DNA from: Candidatus Poribacteria bacterium
GTDB lineage: Bacteria; Poribacteria; WGA-4E; PCPOR2b
Direction of reading: 5' to 3'
Assembly (NCBI GenBank): GCA_965218095.1
Contig: OZ244587.1
Coordinates: 1,728,001 to 1,792,000 of the forward strand
Length of the DNA: 64,000 bases
Part shown: one piece after another, positions 61,327 to 64,000 of the stretch
Layout of the letters: each line of letters begins with the position of its first letter
How positions within the stretch are numbered: position 1 is the stretch's first letter
Notes under the pieces: model-generated
Databases searched by the model: none
The model's input: the letters and a program-made list of their open reading frames with translations, nothing else
Told to the model about the DNA's origin: nothing
Program-made: the position numbers and the translations under genes

Positions 61327-61980
61327 TTACAATTTGTCCAATCCATCGAAAGCCGCAACCTTATATGCCTCAGTCATGGTCGGATAGTTGAAGACCGTAT
61401 TGACAAAGTAATCGATCTGGACCTCGTATGCCATGACAGCCTGGCCAATATGGATAATCTCGGCTGCACGTTCACCGATGGCGTGGATGCCCAGCAGTTT
61501 TAGCGACTCCCGGTGGAAAAGCAGTTTGAGCATACCGTTTGGATCGCCGAGGATCTGTCCCTTGGCGAGTTCTCCGTAGCGGGCAATGCGGAACTCATAG
61601 GGCGCCTTCACCTGGGTTAGGTTCTCCCCGGTTTCTCCCACCATGGAAATCTCTGGAATCGATGAAAACCTGGGTTACCGCCTCTCCCAGGCGGAGGATT
61701 ATATTTTGGTTGCGCATATGATAGATCAGCGTATCGATAATCTCTGATCGGCATGTTCAAGGATCCTATCGCGCTGATCTACCAGGGCTACTTCGACGCC
61801 TAGCGTCGCGAAGATCGAGCTATACTCACAGCCAATGACTCCAGCCCCGACGACCACCATCGTTCGCGGGATGGTAGGCAGACAGAGAACCTCATCGCTA
61901 TCGATAATCTGCTCCGGCGTGAAGGGAATATAGTCAGGCCGGGCCGGCTCGGTGCCTACCGCTATGATGAACTTTTTCCC
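61327..61980 (-). pseudogene. sthA: Soluble pyridine nucleotide transhydrogenase fragments
   Basis: [30 protein letters not shown] and [15 protein letters not shown] motifs; 5' end and middle missing. Confidence 0.85.
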
Positions 61981-61989
61981 AATTGTGAG

Positions 61990-62284
61990 CAAGGCTGATA
62001 ATTGCATAAATTTCGTAGCCACTTTGAATTTTCCGTCGTTAGATTGACGAAATTTCCGTATGGGACTCAGTTTGCAGCGTGCGCTCAGCGTTGTCGAGTG
62101 TATCTTTAATTCCGATGAATTGCCCAATTTTGCGTATAAAACGACACTCCAGCAGGAACTGAGCGCGAATGGGTGGAGTAAGGTCGAGCTCAAGGGGGCC
62201 TCTAAACTCAGTCACCGGGTTGAGTTCAAATTTCGTCTGAGGGACATCAATGCATTCGAGACTTCAATTGCTGACATAAAATGA
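61990..62284 (+). pseudogene. zorB: C-terminal fragment of a ZorB-like OmpA/MotB protein
   Basis: LSLQRALSVV..LSANGWS..SHRVEFKFRL. Confidence 0.65.
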
Positions 62285-62299
62285 TGAAGGAGCTGAGAA

Positions 62300-63262
62300 A
62301 TGATTCAACCCCAGGAACTGCCGAAATACGCCCCATACTTTGGCAGCCCGAAAGCCTTGCGACGCCAAAATCAACAACTGACAACGCTGTTTTCAGCAGG
62401 CGCAATGTCGCCCGTTGATGCGGCGGAAGTTTTAGACCGTTTCTGGCAGATATACGATTCTGCCGTTGAGCCGATGAACAGCGAGTTAAAGCGGACCGAG
62501 ATTGGCAAGCTTACCTGGTGTTTTGCATTAGAGCAGAATGGCAGGCGAATTATCGATGATGTGAATGTAACTTTCTTCCTGCTCGCATTGATTCAACAAA
62601 GATACCATCATTCCTATCTGCACGGACTGAGGTATTCCTTTTTTCATGGGTATAAACCGGGAAGTACAGCCTTTAAAATATTCAGAGCTGCCCTGCGTCA
62701 AATGCTGGCAAAACTCGATTGGTCAAAGCTCCATAATCAGCAGTGGAGATTCCTTTCGGATATTTTGCCGACGAAGTCGCATCTTGTCCTTGCACGATGG
62801 GTAATCGTTGATGACATACCTTTCTTCTTCGACCAGATTGCCTTCGACCAGATTGCCGCGAATCAGGAATGGAAAACATTTTGGCTCGAATATCTGGATA
62901 GCGTCGGAAATGGAACGAATGAGCGAGCCAAGCGGTTGCCGGGTCAGGGACGTTATGCAGAATTGACCGACGGGAATGCCAGGCAAAACGCGCTTATCCT
63001 CAAGATTGAGGAACTCGTGATTGTCGAGTTCAGTGGTGGGCAAAACCTTCGTTATGTCTATGATGAACGATTCATCCCATTTGCACTGAACGCTCCATCC
63101 TATCAAATGTCGGAACTTTGCCACCCGGGCGCGCTCTTCAAACAACATCTGAAAAAAGGTTGGCAAGCAGAATTCGCCGTGATGCTTCACGATCACTTCG
63201 GCATTTACCGTCATCAATTGCGTCGTCACCAAGCCACGCAGCAGCACCATCAGCAAGTATGA
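62300..63262 (+). CDS. zorC: EH-signature domain protein (Zorya ZorC-like)
   Basis: RWV..DI.FFF..FWLEY, NALILKI..IVEFS..YVY and H..GWQ motifs; follows the zorB-like fragment. Confidence 0.65.
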   Translation: MIQPQELPKYAPYFGSPKALRRQNQQLTTLFSAGAMSPVDAAEVLDRFWQIYDSAVEPMNSELKRTEIGKLTWCFALEQNGRRIIDDVNVTFFLLALIQQRYHHSYLHGLRYSFFHGYKPGSTAFKIFRAALRQMLAKLDWSKLHNQQWRFLSDILPTKSHLVLARWVIVDDIPFFFDQIAFDQIAANQEWKTFWLEYLDSVGNGTNERAKRLPGQGRYAELTDGNARQNALILKIEELVIVEFSGGQNLRYVYDERFIPFALNAPSYQMSELCHPGALFKQHLKKGWQAEFAVMLHDHFGIYRHQLRRHQATQQHHQQV

Positions 63263-63647
63263 CGTATCCGTCCCACCGAAGCCAATCTTGGGCACGCGAT
63301 TGTCACGTTATAACTGCTGCCCTCCCCCTGAAACAGTCGCATTTTTTCCTTGTTTGCGATTCATTCTGGCACAAAAGGTTAGTACCCCGAGTTGCTGCCT
63401 ATTCAATTCAATGACAGAAAAGCACCCTTTCGGAGTGCGAGAACTTTGTTTTCGCAGCAAAAACAGAGTTTTTGCAAATAGCAGTCTCATTGAAAAGTTT
63501 GGTTGAAAAGACCGAAACTGTCAGCAAGGTAGCAACTTCGGTTATTATACGCATTCAAAAGACGGTGTCAACTGAAACGTTCGATCGGGTGTGGAATTTG
63601 TCAGTATCACCTCGGCGCCTTCGGGATGACTTTTCCCATTGTCTCTT

Positions 63648-64000
63648 TTAACCGGGCTCGTCGCTAGTATGCCAACAGAATGTTGATAAAATGGCATTCA
63701 TGACGCTTTGGGTATCGCTCAGATTGTCAAAGAGGGCATCTGGTTGATACTTCTCCAGTTCTTCACGAGAATATCGACCGGTGGCCACAGCGATGACGTA
63801 AGCCCCGGCGTGACGAGCGCACTTGATGTCGCGGGGCGTGTCGCCAATAATCACGATGTCTTTGCCGCTGAACCTTTCACCCGTTTGCTCAAAAGCGCGA
63901 CGCACAGCGATATCCGGCAAGGCATTCCGGGAGCGTGCGTCATCGCCAAATGCACCCAACTGGAAAAAGGGATTCAACCGAAAAAAGTCCAACTTCGCAG
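63648..64000 (-). CDS. HAD family hydrolase (5' end outside window)
   Basis: GAFGDD, IIGDTPRDI, AVATG and PDALF motifs. Confidence 0.85.
   Translation of the reverse strand, partial: AKLDFFRLNPFFQLGAFGDDARSRNALPDIAVRRAFEQTGERFSGKDIVIIGDTPRDIKCARHAGAYVIAVATGRYSREELEKYQPDALFDNLSDTQSVMNAILSTFCWHTSDEPG

Noticed and set aside
1-64000. CRISPR array, tRNA or rRNA genes
   Set aside because: No regularly spaced direct repeats with unique spacers, and no cloverleaf or rRNA signatures recognised by eye

Overview
Bacterial chromosomal window of roughly 48-50% GC by eye. The gene content (PhyH, Gfo/Idh/MocA, sugar epimerase, many IS and short repeats) is reminiscent of Ca. Poribacteria, but that taxonomy is only an inference. 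Positions 1.7-13 kb are a nest of IS5/IS982/IS3/IS701 elements, MITEs and two group II intron fragments around a few oxidoreductase genes. Positions 13-41 kb are mostly housekeeping: a ClpX-like ATPase, a Rrf2-cysK-cysH-sulfur carrier-JAMM-NIL operon, glmS/yvcK/glmM, htrA, lpdA and queC. This stretch also holds a complete ORF-less group II intron whose EBS1/EBS2 match its exon and which carries an IS5 in domain IV. Positions 41.9-58.1 kb are one co-oriented cluster: two substrate-binding/OmpA fusions, a vWA protein, NfeD, two flotillins, PspA/IM30, an ABC transporter and a double-AAA+ ATPase. This cluster is the best candidate for a poorly described membrane-remodelling or envelope-stress system. 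Positions 58-64 kb hold rpsT, a decayed ParB/ParB-like/Dam module behind an attC-like site, an sthA pseudogene and a Zorya zorB-zorC remnant. All calls come from motif recognition by eye; no database searches were run.
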